Positions 26,252 to 37,500 of a DNA stretch of 64,000 nt are shown in pieces. The translations under genes and the position numbers were made by a program. This DNA comes from Candidatus Latescibacterota bacterium (GTDB lineage: Bacteria > Latescibacterota > UBA2968 > UBA8231), in assembly GCA_965197905.1 (NCBI GenBank), contig CBDAOB010000004.1:1984001-2048000 (forward strand), read 5' to 3'. A model generated the notes under the pieces. That model had not been told where the DNA came from, searched no databases, and saw nothing but the letters and a program-made list of their open reading frames with translations. Position 1 is the stretch's first letter; each line of letters opens with the position of its first letter.

Positions 26252-27328
26252 CTAGCGGCGCTGCATCAATTCTACGAAGTAGTCGAAGAGGTGAAAGCTG
26301 TCGTGGGGTCCGGGCGACGCTTCCGGATGGCACTGAATGGAAAAAATCGGTAGTTCCCGGTGGCGCATGCCCTCCACACACCGATCATTAAGATTCTCAC
26401 GGGTTATCTCCAAACATGCGGGTAACGAATCCGCCTCGATCCCCCACCCGTGATTTTCCGATGTAATCAAGACGCGACCGGTGGTGTTTTCCTTGATGGG
26501 TTGATTGGCACCCCGGTGGCCAAATTTGAGTCGGAAGATGGTCGCACCAAGTGCCAGCCCGAGAATTTCATGGCCAAGACATATTCCGAAGATGGGACGT
26601 TGCCCTATCAGCTGTTTGCAGGTATCGATGGCGTACTTCAAGGGTCTGGGATCGCCCGGTCCATTGGAAAGGAAGATTCCGTCTGGCTTCAACTCTAGAG
26701 CTTGATCGGCGGAAGTCGTGGCCGGTACGACCGTCACTCGGCAACCGGCGTCGACGAGTTTGTTGACTATGTTCCGCTTGATGCCGTAGTCAAACGCGAC
26801 CACGTGATGAGCTGCGTCGGCGGCTCCGGCTGCGTACGGCTCGCGGCAAGTAACCTCCTGAACCAGATCTACACCTTCGAGCCCGTCCCACCCTCGCGCC
26901 TTGTCCGCCAAGCTCGCGGGGTCGAGGTCCTCGGTGGATATCGCCGCGTTCATCACTCCGTGTATGCGAACGCGCCGGGTTAGCTCGCGAGTATCGATCC
27001 CCTCGACGCTGATGATCCCATGCTCCCGCAGGTAATCGGGCAGAGACTGGGTCGAACGCCAGTTGCTGGGGATGCGGCTCGATTCCTTGATCACGAACCC
27101 GCGGACGTGTGGTCGGTCCGATTCGTTATCGTCGGGATTGACGCCGTAGTTCCCAATCAGAGGATAGGTCATGGCGACCATTTGACCGGCGTAGGAAGGG
27201 TCAGTGAGGATCTCCTGGTAGCCCGTCATGCTTGTGTTGAACACCATTTCCCCACGGGACTCGCCGCGGGCGCCGAAAGAGCGACCTTCGAAAACCGTGC
27301 CGTCCGCCAAAGCCACCAAGGCCCGCAT
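26252..27328 (-). CDS. carA: Carbamoyl-phosphate synthase small subunit
   Basis: FNTSMTGYQEILTDPSY, LSNGPGDP, GICLGHE, HPEASPGPHD. Confidence 0.97.
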   Translation of the reverse strand: MRALVALADGTVFEGRSFGARGESRGEMVFNTSMTGYQEILTDPSYAGQMVAMTYPLIGNYGVNPDDNESDRPHVRGFVIKESSRIPSNWRSTQSLPDYLREHGIISVEGIDTRELTRRVRIHGVMNAAISTEDLDPASLADKARGWDGLEGVDLVQEVTCREPYAAGAADAAHHVVAFDYGIKRNIVNKLVDAGCRVTVVPATTSADQALELKPDGIFLSNGPGDPRPLKYAIDTCKQLIGQRPIFGICLGHEILGLALGATIFRLKFGHRGANQPIKENTTGRVLITSENHGWGIEADSLPACLEITRENLNDRCVEGMRHRELPIFSIQCHPEASPGPHDSFHLFDYFVELMQRR

Positions 27329-27436
27329 CGCCTATCCTTCTCTTTAAAATTCGGGGATGGTTGAACACAGCCTGCTCGACACCGTCCATGGTGCGAGGTA
27401 GCGTGTGAAGATAATAAGGAAGGCGGAGAAACGACG

Positions 27437-28474
27437 CTATGGGCGTCGCCGGACAATGCTGTGCTGGCGTCGGCGCGCACTCTCCTGCATATCCACCGCC
27501 GGATCGAACTCGCCCACAATCTCGACGCCGACGATCTCTTCGAGAACATCCTCGAGGGTGATGATTCCGGCGAAGTCACCGTATTCATCCGCTACCAAGA
27601 ACAGATGTTCCCGACGCTGCAGGAATTCCTTGAGGAGCTGGTCTAGTCGCGCCAGCTCCGGAACGAAATGGGCTCGGCGCTCCAACGCCGCCAGGGTCAG
27701 GTCATCTCGACCATCGGCGAGTGCGGTAAAGACTTCTCGCCGCATGACGAGCCCGATCATCGACTCTTTACTCTCGTCATACAGCGGAACCCGGCTATGG
27801 GGCCAACCGCCTCCCTGTTCTCGGGCTTCGCTCAAGGTCAAATTGCGATCCAGAGACATCACTACCGTTCGCGGGGTCATAACATCACCTGCGCGCAATC
27901 CGTGCAGGTTCAGAATATTGCGAATGATGCGCTCCTGCTCCGGGGCAATCGAGCCGGCTTGGCGACCCATCCTAGCGATGATCTTGATCTCATCCGCGGA
28001 GATGTCTTGGGTCGCAGAGGCGCTGCGGGTGATAAGACGGGTAATGAACTGATTCAACCATATGAGTGGAGTGAAAAACCAGACCAGCCATTGTATTGGG
28101 CCGGCAATGAATCTGGCCAGCGATCGTGCGTAGAGCACCCCGACGGTCTTGGGAACAATCTCGGAGAAAACGAGGACTGAAAGGGCCAAAGCTCCGGTAA
28201 AATAGACCTCACTACTGCGGCCGAACACGCCGGCGAAAGCGGCCCCGGCAATTGCGGCCCCGCCGGTGTTGGCCAGGGTGTTCAGCGACAGAATGGCAGA
28301 TATGGGACGTTGAATATCCGCATAGAGGGCCTTGAGGATCTTACCGGACTTGCGACCCTGATTCGCCAGCAACTCGATCTGGCTTGTCGAGACTGAATAA
28401 AGAGCCGCCTCAAGGACGGAACACACGCACGAAATCGACAATACGGCCGCGGTGGCAATGATGAGTTCAGTCAT
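27437..28474 (-). CDS. CNNM/hemolysin-family (DUF21 + CBS) membrane protein
   Basis: SVLEAALYS, ILSLNT, FSEIVPK, DVMTPRT, HSRVPLY, DEYG...GIITLEDVLEEIVG. Confidence 0.92.
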   Translation of the reverse strand: MTELIIATAAVLSISCVCSVLEAALYSVSTSQIELLANQGRKSGKILKALYADIQRPISAILSLNTLANTGGAAIAGAAFAGVFGRSSEVYFTGALALSVLVFSEIVPKTVGVLYARSLARFIAGPIQWLVWFFTPLIWLNQFITRLITRSASATQDISADEIKIIARMGRQAGSIAPEQERIIRNILNLHGLRAGDVMTPRTVVMSLDRNLTLSEAREQGGGWPHSRVPLYDESKESMIGLVMRREVFTALADGRDDLTLAALERRAHFVPELARLDQLLKEFLQRREHLFLVADEYGDFAGIITLEDVLEEIVGVEIVGEFDPAVDMQESARRRQHSIVRRRP

Positions 28475-28585
28475 GCGTTGAATGTTGCGCGGAACGCGCT
28501 CCCAACGAAAAGAGAGGAGTTCCACCTTGCGGAACTCCTCTCTAATCCGAAGATCAACGGCGTCTCGGGGCGCCGCGGAAGGATT

Positions 28586-29041
28586 TTACTTCAGGTGCTT
28601 GTTGACCAACTTGGTCATTTCGAACATGCTGACCTGCTTCTTCCCTCCAAAGATAGGCTTCAGCTTATCGTCTGCATTGATCATACGCTTGTTCTGCATG
28701 TCCTGCAGTCGGTTCCGCTTAATATAGGCCCAAAGTTTCTTCACCACCTGCGTGCGCGGGATCGGCTTGGGTCCAACAACGGCGCTCAACGCTGCGTCCG
28801 GTTGCAGGGGACGCATAAAAGATGGGTTCGGTTTGCGTTTCGCCTTTTTCTTGGCCGCTTTCTTCTTTTTCGGAGCGGCCTTTTTCTTCTTGGCGGCGGC
28901 TTTCTTCTTTTTCGGAGCGGCCTTTTTCTTCTTGGCGGCGGCTTTCTTCTTTTTCGGAGCGGCCTTTTTCTTCTTGGCGGCAGCCTTCTTCTTTTTCGGA
29001 GCAGCCTTTTTCTTCTTGGCGGCAGCCTTCTTCTTTGCCAT
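28586..29041 (-). CDS. Histone-H1-like Lys/Ala-rich protein fused to a SWIB/MDM2 domain
   Basis: Repeated KKKKAAA/KKKKAAP, then RKPNPSFMRPLQPD...RTQVVKKLWAYIKRNRLQD...NKRMINAD...SMFEMTKLVNKHL; RBS AAGGAG. Confidence 0.92.
   Translation of the reverse strand: MAKKKAAAKKKKAAPKKKKAAAKKKKAAPKKKKAAAKKKKAAPKKKKAAAKKKKAAPKKKKAAKKKAKRKPNPSFMRPLQPDAALSAVVGPKPIPRTQVVKKLWAYIKRNRLQDMQNKRMINADDKLKPIFGGKKQVSMFEMTKLVNKHLK
28850..29036 (-). repeat. 21-bp (42-bp higher-order) tandem repeat encoding KKKKAAA/KKKKAAP
   Basis: Direct reading of TTCTTCTTTTTCGGAGCGGCC / TTTTTCTTCTTGGCGGCGGCT units. Confidence 0.9.
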
Positions 29042-29246
29042 GATCAACTCCTTCTGTGGCGGAAAACGCGGCTTCGCGGTGTTCTGTTTTAGGATTTATA
29101 CGCCGGGTCGTCAGTCTTGCGGTTACTTTGGAACGCCGGTCAAACTACCCCATCGACCACCTCCTCTCCAGGAGTTCGGCGCATTTCCCGGTGCTCCTTC
29201 GAACAGATCCTCCCCCGGGAGAGCTAGAGAGAAACTTATTTCGTCA

Positions 29247-29276
29247 AAAATAGCACGTGGCAGACGAAATAGTCAA
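29247..29276 (-). promoter_or_regulatory. Putative sigma70 promoter for the histone-like gene
   Basis: TTGACT-18 nt-TATTTT with an extended TG. Confidence 0.45.
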
Positions 29277-29336
29277 GCAGAATTGCGCCAATTTCAGAGG
29301 GGAAATGGCGGACTCTTCGGAAGTGTGGGGGCGTGA

Positions 29337-29365
29337 TTGACACTGCGAATTCGGTCCTCTATTTT
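29337..29365 (+). promoter_or_regulatory. Putative sigma70 promoter for the proC operon
   Basis: TTGACA-17 nt-TATTTT. Confidence 0.5.
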
Positions 29366-29432
29366 AGCACAAGTTCGGTATTTCTTCGCCAGTCGATTCC
29401 CACAAAACCTAAAATTCTGTCAGTGCGCAGCC

Positions 29433-30242
29433 ATGATCGAGAACTGCAACATCGGGGTGATCGGAAGCGGCAATATGGGCGGCGCCCTGATCAGCGGCCT
29501 GTTGAAGACTGGTCGCGACCCCGCCCGCATCACGGCTGTGGATATTCGTGACGAGGTGCTGGAACCGTTGCGTGCGCAGGGCGTGAAAACCAACTCCGAC
29601 TTGAAGGCGGCAGTACACGGGCAGGACGTGGTCGTTGTTGCAGTCAAACCGCAAATCGCAAGCAGCGTGCTCGTCTTGATCGCCCGGGAGCTGCAGAAGA
29701 GCCATCTCGTCGTGTCGATTATGGCAGGTGTCAAGACCGCGACGATCGAAGCCGAATTTGCCGAGGAGATACCGGTAGTGCGCGTCATGCCACAAACGCT
29801 CGTCTCGGAGGCCGTAGGCGCATCGGCGTTATGCAGGGGTAGTTTCGCCACCGCCGACCATCTGTCCTTGGCTGCGTCAATCTTCGACGATGTCGGCATT
29901 ACTGTTACGGTCGACGAGGCTCAGATGGACGCCGTTACCGGCTTGTCCGGGTCCGGTCCCGCGTATGTCTATACAATTATAGAAGCGATGGCGGACGGTG
30001 GCGTACGCATGGGTTTGAGTCGCGAAGTGGCGCTCAAGCTGGCGGCGCAAACAGTTCGTGGGGCGGCGCACCTGGTGTGTGATAGCGGCGAGCATCCGGC
30101 GATTTTGCGCGAGCGGGTGACCTCCCCAGGAGGCACTACCATCATGGGATTGCACAAGTTGGAGAAAAAGGGGATCCGGGATGCGTTGGTGAGCGCTATA
30201 ACGGCCGCCACCGAGCGTTCAGCGGAACTGGGCGCTACGTGA
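29433..30242 (+). CDS. proC: Pyrroline-5-carboxylate reductase
   Basis: IGSGNMG, AVKPQ, RVMP, GLSGSGPAY, VTSPGGTT. Confidence 0.96.
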   Translation: MIENCNIGVIGSGNMGGALISGLLKTGRDPARITAVDIRDEVLEPLRAQGVKTNSDLKAAVHGQDVVVVAVKPQIASSVLVLIARELQKSHLVVSIMAGVKTATIEAEFAEEIPVVRVMPQTLVSEAVGASALCRGSFATADHLSLAASIFDDVGITVTVDEAQMDAVTGLSGSGPAYVYTIIEAMADGGVRMGLSREVALKLAAQTVRGAAHLVCDSGEHPAILRERVTSPGGTTIMGLHKLEKKGIRDALVSAITAATERSAELGAT

Positions 30243-30841
30243 TCGCCATCATCGACTATGGGATGGGCAATCTTCGCAGCGTTGAAAAGGCATTTGAACA
30301 TCTAGGTTGTGAAGCCAGCATTTTCGACGATCCCGTTGAGACCTCCTTGGCCTCTCACCTTGTCTTGCCAGGTGACGCGGCCTTTGGGGATGCCATGAAC
30401 AACCTGCGAAAGGGAGGATGGGTGGATCGCATCCACGAACACATAGAAGCGGGCCGACCTTTCCTTGGCATATGCGTAGGTTTGCAACTCATGTTCTCAG
30501 AAAGCGAGGAGTTGGGCAAGCATCGAGGGCTCGGGCTGCTGCCAGGACGCATCAAACGTTTCCCGGCGAGCGAACGGGTTCCCCAAATAGGTTGGAACCA
30601 GGTTTCCTTCAAACGCCCCTTGGATATCCTCGACGCCGTTCCCGACAACAGCTTTTTCTATTTCGTGCATTCGTATTACGTAGAGACGGAGTCGGCCGAT
30701 GACTGCGTCGCTACAACCGAGTATGGACTGGAGTACACCTCCATCGCCGCTCGCGAGAACGTCTTCGGAGTCCAGTTTCACCCAGAAAAAAGCCAGCAAC
30801 ACGGCTTGCGCCTCCTGCGGAACTTCGCGGCGCAATCCTAA
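30239..30841 (+). CDS. hisH: Imidazole glycerol phosphate synthase, glutaminase subunit
   Basis: IIDYGMGNLRSV, GICVGLQ, YFVHSY, QFHPEKS. Confidence 0.97.
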   Translation: MIAIIDYGMGNLRSVEKAFEHLGCEASIFDDPVETSLASHLVLPGDAAFGDAMNNLRKGGWVDRIHEHIEAGRPFLGICVGLQLMFSESEELGKHRGLGLLPGRIKRFPASERVPQIGWNQVSFKRPLDILDAVPDNSFFYFVHSYYVETESADDCVATTEYGLEYTSIAARENVFGVQFHPEKSQQHGLRLLRNFAAQS

Positions 30842-30843
30842 GA

Positions 30844-31617
30844 ATGCTGGCCAAGCGCATCATCCCCTGCCTGGACGTCAAGAATGGGCGCAATGTGCGC
30901 GGAGTACGGTTCTCTGCTGATCGCGATGCCGGTGATCCCGTCGAGCTCGCCACGCGCTACGACTTGGAGAAGGCGGACGAGTTGGTGTTCTACGATATCA
31001 CTGCATCGGCAGATGGCCGTGCAATCGTGCAGAATCTGGTGGAGCAGGTTTCCGAACGCGTGTTCATCCCCCTCACCGTGGGCGGGGGAATACGAACCTT
31101 CGCCGATATTCGCGAGATTTTGAAGAGTGGCGCCGATAAGGTGTCGATCAATTCAGCGGCTGTGCACGACCCGGATATCATTCGGCAGGGAGCCGAAAGT
31201 TTTGGCAGTCAGTGCATCGTCGGGGCCATTGATGCCTTGCGCAAGCCGAATTCGCAGGGAGAGGCTCCCAGTTGGGAGATTTATATTAATGGGGGGCGCA
31301 AGGCAACTGGTATCGATGCGATCGAGTGGGTTGAAGAGTTGGTCGGTCGAGGGGCCGGCGAGTTAGTGCTCAACAGCATCGACGCCGATGGCACTCGAGA
31401 AGGCTACGACCTCGAGCTGAATCGAACGGTGGCGAATCGCGTCGAGGTGCCGATTGTCGCCTCCGGCGGGTGTGGACACGTGGAACACATCCATCAGGTG
31501 TTGACTGCCGGCCAGGCCAGCGCTGCCCTTGCCGCATCGATCTTTCACTTTGGAGACTACACTATCCAGGAAGTGAAATACTACTTGAGCGAACGCGGCG
31601 TTCTCGTGCGCAACTAG
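30844..31617 (+). CDS. hisF: Imidazole glycerol phosphate synthase, cyclase subunit
   Basis: MLAKRIIPCLDV, GDPVELA, PLTVGGGIR, ALAASIFH. Confidence 0.97.
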   Translation: MLAKRIIPCLDVKNGRNVRGVRFSADRDAGDPVELATRYDLEKADELVFYDITASADGRAIVQNLVEQVSERVFIPLTVGGGIRTFADIREILKSGADKVSINSAAVHDPDIIRQGAESFGSQCIVGAIDALRKPNSQGEAPSWEIYINGGRKATGIDAIEWVEELVGRGAGELVLNSIDADGTREGYDLELNRTVANRVEVPIVASGGCGHVEHIHQVLTAGQASAALAASIFHFGDYTIQEVKYYLSERGVLVRN

Positions 31618-31727
31618 ATCGCCAAGCTACTGGGTGCCGATTCTCTTTTCGCAAATCCAGCCGCTTCCTCCGCAGTATTCATCACAGCAGCCGGTACGCT
31701 CGGCCTCTCCCCCACCAGGTACGAACC

Positions 31728-32879
31728 GTGAGTCACAAGACAAATCCTTCTGAAGATCGCGCCAGCCGGCTAGCCGATGTCCGCCGCCTGGTCGTGAAGG
31801 TGGGAAGCAGCAGCATCACCACTCACGACAATCAGTTGAATCGGCCGGTACTGAGAGACCTGGTAAAGGACGTTGTGTCTCTGCGGGAGAAGGGGTACGA
31901 GGTTGCCATCGTATCTTCGGGTGCGGTGGCGGCAGGTGTCGGCCGCCTCGGCTTGAAGGCGAGGCCGCAGGCGATAAGTGAGCTCCAGGCCGTTGCCGCC
32001 GTCGGACAAAATCTGTTGATGCACACCTACGAAGGCATGTTCCGGCGCGCGGGGGTCCCGATCGGCCAGGTCCTGCTGACGGCCGACGACATACTTCACG
32101 ATCGCCGCCGCTATCTCAACCTGGAGAACACCTTTCGCAAGTTATTCGGCTTCGGTGCGATACCCGTGATCAACGAAAATGACAGCGTAGCCGTGGCCGA
32201 ACTCAAGCTGACCATTGGCGAAAACGACATGTTGGCGGCCTACGTTTCGAACCTCATCGGCGCCCACTTACTGGTAATCCTTTCGGACGTCGAGGGCGTG
32301 TACGCTGGATACAGTACTAACGGCCCGCAGGGACACGTGGTGAACCAGGTTGAGTACGGCGATGACCGTCTGGAGCAGATGATCGGCGCTTCGACAAGCC
32401 GTAGCGGGAGTGGCGGTATGGAGACCAAAATCCGCGCCGCACGTTTGCTGATGGCGTGTGGTGAGATGACCTTGATCGCACATGCACGGAAACACCGGCT
32501 GGTGGACATCCTTTCCGGCGGCGATCTGGGAACGCTGTTTATTCCGAAGAAGAAACGGCTGCGGAGCCGCAAGCGCTGGATCGCATTCGGATCGTCGTGC
32601 AAGGGTCGCGTGGTGGTCGATCATGGGGCCGAACGCGCGTTGGCTCGGCAGGGGAAGAGTCTTCTGCCTGCAGGCGTCGTGTCGGGAGACGGCGCCTTCG
32701 CTGTGGGGGATGTCGTGCGGATCGAAAACGAAAGCGGAACGGATCTGGGGCGTGGGCTGAGTCGCTATAGTCTCTCCGAACTCAATAGGATTTGCGGCAA
32801 GAGCAGTAAGCAGGTGGAAAAAATATTGAAACGTCAGGCGACCGAAGTGATCCATCGCGACGATCTAGTTCTTTTTTGA
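31728..32879 (+). CDS. proB: Glutamate 5-kinase with PUA domain
   Basis: VVKVGSS, VSSGAV, AAVGQ, INEND, GGMETK, SLLPAGV, IHRDDLV. Confidence 0.95.
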   Translation: MSHKTNPSEDRASRLADVRRLVVKVGSSSITTHDNQLNRPVLRDLVKDVVSLREKGYEVAIVSSGAVAAGVGRLGLKARPQAISELQAVAAVGQNLLMHTYEGMFRRAGVPIGQVLLTADDILHDRRRYLNLENTFRKLFGFGAIPVINENDSVAVAELKLTIGENDMLAAYVSNLIGAHLLVILSDVEGVYAGYSTNGPQGHVVNQVEYGDDRLEQMIGASTSRSGSGGMETKIRAARLLMACGEMTLIAHARKHRLVDILSGGDLGTLFIPKKKRLRSRKRWIAFGSSCKGRVVVDHGAERALARQGKSLLPAGVVSGDGAFAVGDVVRIENESGTDLGRGLSRYSLSELNRICGKSSKQVEKILKRQATEVIHRDDLVLF

Positions 32880-32903
32880 GCCCAATGCAAACGGTCTGAT
32901 ATC

Positions 32904-33224
32904 GTGCCGACGCCAAGACCACGTTCGGTGGTCAAACCATCACGATGGAAGCCCGCTCTCTTTCTCGTCGGGGCCGTATTTGTCATCTACTTTCTCGTCG
33001 CCGGCGAGCACGGTTCGATTCGACTCTGGCAAGCGGACCAGGATCTGACCGAATGGCAGATGCGGGTGCAACAGCTGGAAGACCAGAACGACAGTCTCAG
33101 AGTGATTCTGGCAAAGTTGGAGACCGACCTCGAGTACATCGAGAAGGTGGCGCGCGAGGAGTACGGCATGGCTAAAAAGGGGGAACGGATCTACCGCATT
33201 CAACAAGCGCCCAAAAGCGAGTAG
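32904..33224 (+). CDS. ftsB: Septum formation initiator (FtsB/DivIC family)
   Basis: One TM helix, coiled coil, YIEKVAREEYGMAKKGE. Confidence 0.85.
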   Translation: MPTPRPRSVVKPSRWKPALFLVGAVFVIYFLVAGEHGSIRLWQADQDLTEWQMRVQQLEDQNDSLRVILAKLETDLEYIEKVAREEYGMAKKGERIYRIQQAPKSE

Positions 33225-33229
33225 GGCGC

Positions 33230-34024
33230 ATGCCTCGGCATATCCTCAAGACCAAAGCGATCGTACTGCGTTCGTGGCGAATGGGTGAGACGAGCAAACG
33301 GGTCGCCTTTTACACCGAGGAACAGGGTAAACTAACGGCGATCGCCAAGGGTGCGAGGAAACCCAAAAGTAAATACGGAGGTTGCCTCGAGCTCATGAAT
33401 GAAGTCGATGCCGTCGTATATCTGCGACCCGACCGCGATCTGCAGACCTTGAGTGACTGCGACCTCGATCGTTCGTTTCCCAAACTCGTCGGGGATTTGG
33501 AACGGCTTTCCTTCGGCAGTGCGGCATGCGAATTGGTGGATCGGTTGACCATAGATTGCGAACCGAACAAACATCTCTACAGCTGCCTCTCGGGTGTGCT
33601 GGGAGCTCTCGAAGAGGTGTCCTCGCCTCAAACAGAGCCCGTATTCTGGTACTTTCAGCTGCGTGTATGCCAGGCACTGGGATACCGGCCCGAATTGCGT
33701 CACTGCGTGTCGTGTGGCGGAGAACTGGTGGATCACGACCGTCGGTTCAGCACTGCCCTGGGGGGTGTTGTCTGTAGCTCCTGTTCGGTGACGACTAGTC
33801 AGCAGTGCATGCGAATATCACAGGAAAGCGTTAATTTTCTCGCCCATCTCCAGGGATTGCGAACCTACCACAGAGAAGCCATTCCGGACGCGCCGGGAAA
33901 CGCGCGCGAGCCCAGGCAGATCCTTAGCGGTTTCCTCGAGTTCCACGCGGAGTGGCGCGGTTCGCTGAGGTCACTGGAGTTTTTGAAGGAGCTGTCGGAA
34001 GAGGGCAGCGCGACGAGATATTGA
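33230..34024 (+). CDS. recO: DNA repair protein RecO
   Basis: AIVLR...[18 protein letters not shown]...CSSC zinc site. Confidence 0.93.
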   Translation: MPRHILKTKAIVLRSWRMGETSKRVAFYTEEQGKLTAIAKGARKPKSKYGGCLELMNEVDAVVYLRPDRDLQTLSDCDLDRSFPKLVGDLERLSFGSAACELVDRLTIDCEPNKHLYSCLSGVLGALEEVSSPQTEPVFWYFQLRVCQALGYRPELRHCVSCGGELVDHDRRFSTALGGVVCSSCSVTTSQQCMRISQESVNFLAHLQGLRTYHREAIPDAPGNAREPRQILSGFLEFHAEWRGSLRSLEFLKELSEEGSATRY

Positions 34025-34035
34025 GGAGCCATGGC

Positions 34036-35340
<1,305 letters not shown>

Positions 35341-35369
35341 AAGGCGCGGTTGGCGTTGATCTCGGCTGC

Positions 35370-35398
35370 TTGACCACCAAATTGTCAGGCAGTATACT
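35370..35398 (+). promoter_or_regulatory. sigma70 promoter for tRNA-Leu/tig
   Basis: TTGACC-17 nt-TATACT. Confidence 0.65.
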
Positions 35399-35418
35399 CT
35401 TATTTACCAATAACTTCT

Positions 35419-35502
35419 GCGAGAGTGGCGGAATTGGTAGACGCGCCAGATTTAGGATCTGGTGCCCGTAAGGGCGTGGGGGTTCGAGTCCCCCCTTTCG
35501 CA
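35419..35502 (+). tRNA. tRNA-Leu (anticodon TAG); CCA not encoded
   Basis: Acceptor GCGAGAG/CTTTCGC, D arm TGGCGGAATTGGTAGACGC, anticodon arm CCAGA-TTTAGGA-TCTGG, long variable arm, GGTTCGAGTCC. Confidence 0.97.
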
Positions 35503-35521
35503 CATTCGAAAGCTGTAATAG

Positions 35522-36832
35522 GTGAAAACGAGCGTCGTAGAAAAGGGCAAATGGGAACGGGAGCTCGAAGTCGAGGTTCCCGCCGAGCGGATCGACGGCG
35601 AAGTCGATAAAGCCTACAAGAAGTACCAGAAAAGCATTCAGGTTCCCGGGTTCCGCAAGGGCAAGGTCCCTCTGAAGGTCATCAAGTCCCGTTACGGCGC
35701 TTCTATTCGGGGCGACGTCATCAGCGATCTGCTACCTCGCCTGGTAGAGGAAGCGACCCGGGAAAGTGGTTTGACGCCCGCCGCCCCCCCTACGATTCAG
35801 AAACTCGACCACAACCCGGGCGAATCGTTGACCTTTACCGCCTCTTTGGACATTTGGCCAGAGGTGCAGGTGGAGAATGTGGAAGGGCTCAAGGCCACCA
35901 AAATGGTGCACGAGGTGACCGACGACGAGGTGGAGCAGCAACTTCAGGAGTTGCAGAACCAGCAGGCCACCGAAAGTTCCGTCTCGGGGCCCCTAGAGAA
36001 AGAGAATGTGTTGATTGCCGACCTCCAGAAGCTGGATACAACGGGTGTACCCATTGTGGGCGAAAAGTACGAAGAGCGGTATTTCGTCATCGGATCGGAG
36101 AATGCGCCCAGTCCGGAGTTTGAAGAGGCATTGATCGGCATCAGCGTTGGTGAACAACGCCGGGTCAAGTTTTCCTACCGGGACGATTTTCCCAACGAAG
36201 AATTGGCGGGGAAAGAGGAGTTCTTCGAGGTTACGGCCAGACAGATTCGAACGCGAACATTGCCAGAATTGGACGACGACTTCGCCAAGGATCTGGGAGA
36301 ACAGTTCGAATCCTTGGAAGGCCTGCGCGGGCATCTGCACAAGCAATTGAGCCAGCGCTGGGAGACGTTGTCACGCCAACAGCTGCGCAGCAGTTTGACG
36401 GAAGAATTGATCAAAGCCAACTCGCTCGAACTTCCCGAACGTATGGTCGAAAACTATCTGCGGACTTTGAAGCGGGAACGAGCGGAGCGCGAGGGCCATT
36501 CCCACGATCATCATGATCACGACCACGATCATGACCACGATCATGGAGATGACGAAGAGGAGACGGCAACAGCGTCCGCCGAGGAACGGGCGAGCGCGGT
36601 CAGGCAGTTGAAATCCTACCTTTTAGTAGACGCGGTCCGCGAGTCGGCGGGGGTTGCCGTCGAGGATGAGGAGTTCGAGGAGTTTCTGTCCACACGAGCG
36701 GAAGATTCGGGGATGAAGGTCGGGGAGTTGCGCCGATCCAAATGGGCGGACAACCTGCGCAAGGAGCTGGAAGAAAACAAGGTCTTTGATTACCTCATCG
36801 AACGCGCCGAGATCGAAGAACAGAGCGTGTGA
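35522..36832 (+). CDS. tig: Trigger factor with a His/Asp-rich insert
   Basis: [28 protein letters not shown]; lies upstream of clpP-clpX. Confidence 0.95.
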   Translation: MKTSVVEKGKWERELEVEVPAERIDGEVDKAYKKYQKSIQVPGFRKGKVPLKVIKSRYGASIRGDVISDLLPRLVEEATRESGLTPAAPPTIQKLDHNPGESLTFTASLDIWPEVQVENVEGLKATKMVHEVTDDEVEQQLQELQNQQATESSVSGPLEKENVLIADLQKLDTTGVPIVGEKYEERYFVIGSENAPSPEFEEALIGISVGEQRRVKFSYRDDFPNEELAGKEEFFEVTARQIRTRTLPELDDDFAKDLGEQFESLEGLRGHLHKQLSQRWETLSRQQLRSSLTEELIKANSLELPERMVENYLRTLKRERAEREGHSHDHHDHDHDHDHDHGDDEEETATASAEERASAVRQLKSYLLVDAVRESAGVAVEDEEFEEFLSTRAEDSGMKVGELRRSKWADNLRKELEENKVFDYLIERAEIEEQSV

Positions 36833-36866
36833 TGGGTGGCAACCTGGTGGCGGGGAGAAAAACGGA

Positions 36867-37475
36867 ATGTCACTGATACCCATGGTCATCGAGCAAACCG
36901 GACGCGGCGAGCGCAGCTACGACATCTACTCTCGCTTGCTCAAGGAACGGATCGTTTTCATCGGGACTCCGATCAACGACCCGATCGCCAACATGGTAAT
37001 CGCCCAGATTCTGTTTCTCGACTCGGAGGATCCGAAGAAAGAGATCTCTCTGTTCGTCAATACCCCCGGCGGCTCGGTTGCGGCGGGAATGGCGATCTAC
37101 GATACCATGAAATACATATCCGCCGACGTAGCGACCACCTGCATGGGCCAGGCGTCCAGCATGGGAGCGGTGTTGTTGGCTGGCGGAGCCCAGGGCAAAC
37201 GCCAGGCGCTGCCCAATTCAAGGATTCTCCTCCACCAGCCGATGGGTGGGGTGGGAGGGCAAGCTGCCGACATCGAAATCCACGCCCGCGAGATTATCAA
37301 GATCCGCCAGCAGCTGAATGAGATCCTGGCTACGGATACGGGCCAACCGCTTGAACGCATCGAGAGGGACACGGAGCGGGATTTCTTCATGGGTCCCGAA
37401 GAAGCGATCGAATACGGCCTCATCGACCGGATAATCGAACCGCAGGCAAAACACACCGAGCAGGCGACGGCCTAA
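36867..37475 (+). CDS. clpP: ATP-dependent Clp protease proteolytic subunit
   Basis: [34 protein letters not shown]. Confidence 0.97.
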   Translation: MSLIPMVIEQTGRGERSYDIYSRLLKERIVFIGTPINDPIANMVIAQILFLDSEDPKKEISLFVNTPGGSVAAGMAIYDTMKYISADVATTCMGQASSMGAVLLAGGAQGKRQALPNSRILLHQPMGGVGGQAADIEIHAREIIKIRQQLNEILATDTGQPLERIERDTERDFFMGPEEAIEYGLIDRIIEPQAKHTEQATA

Positions 37476-37500
37476 CCGACGCGCCGCGAACAGACCAGAC

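Noticed and set aside
28850..29036. Tandem repeats as a CRISPR array
   Set aside because: There are no unique spacers and no cas genes; the repeats are in-frame coding sequence.
28478..29336. Plus-strand ORFs 28478-29092 and 28752-29336 (poly-Phe/Leu)
   Set aside because: They are antisense shadows of the Lys-rich repeat gene.
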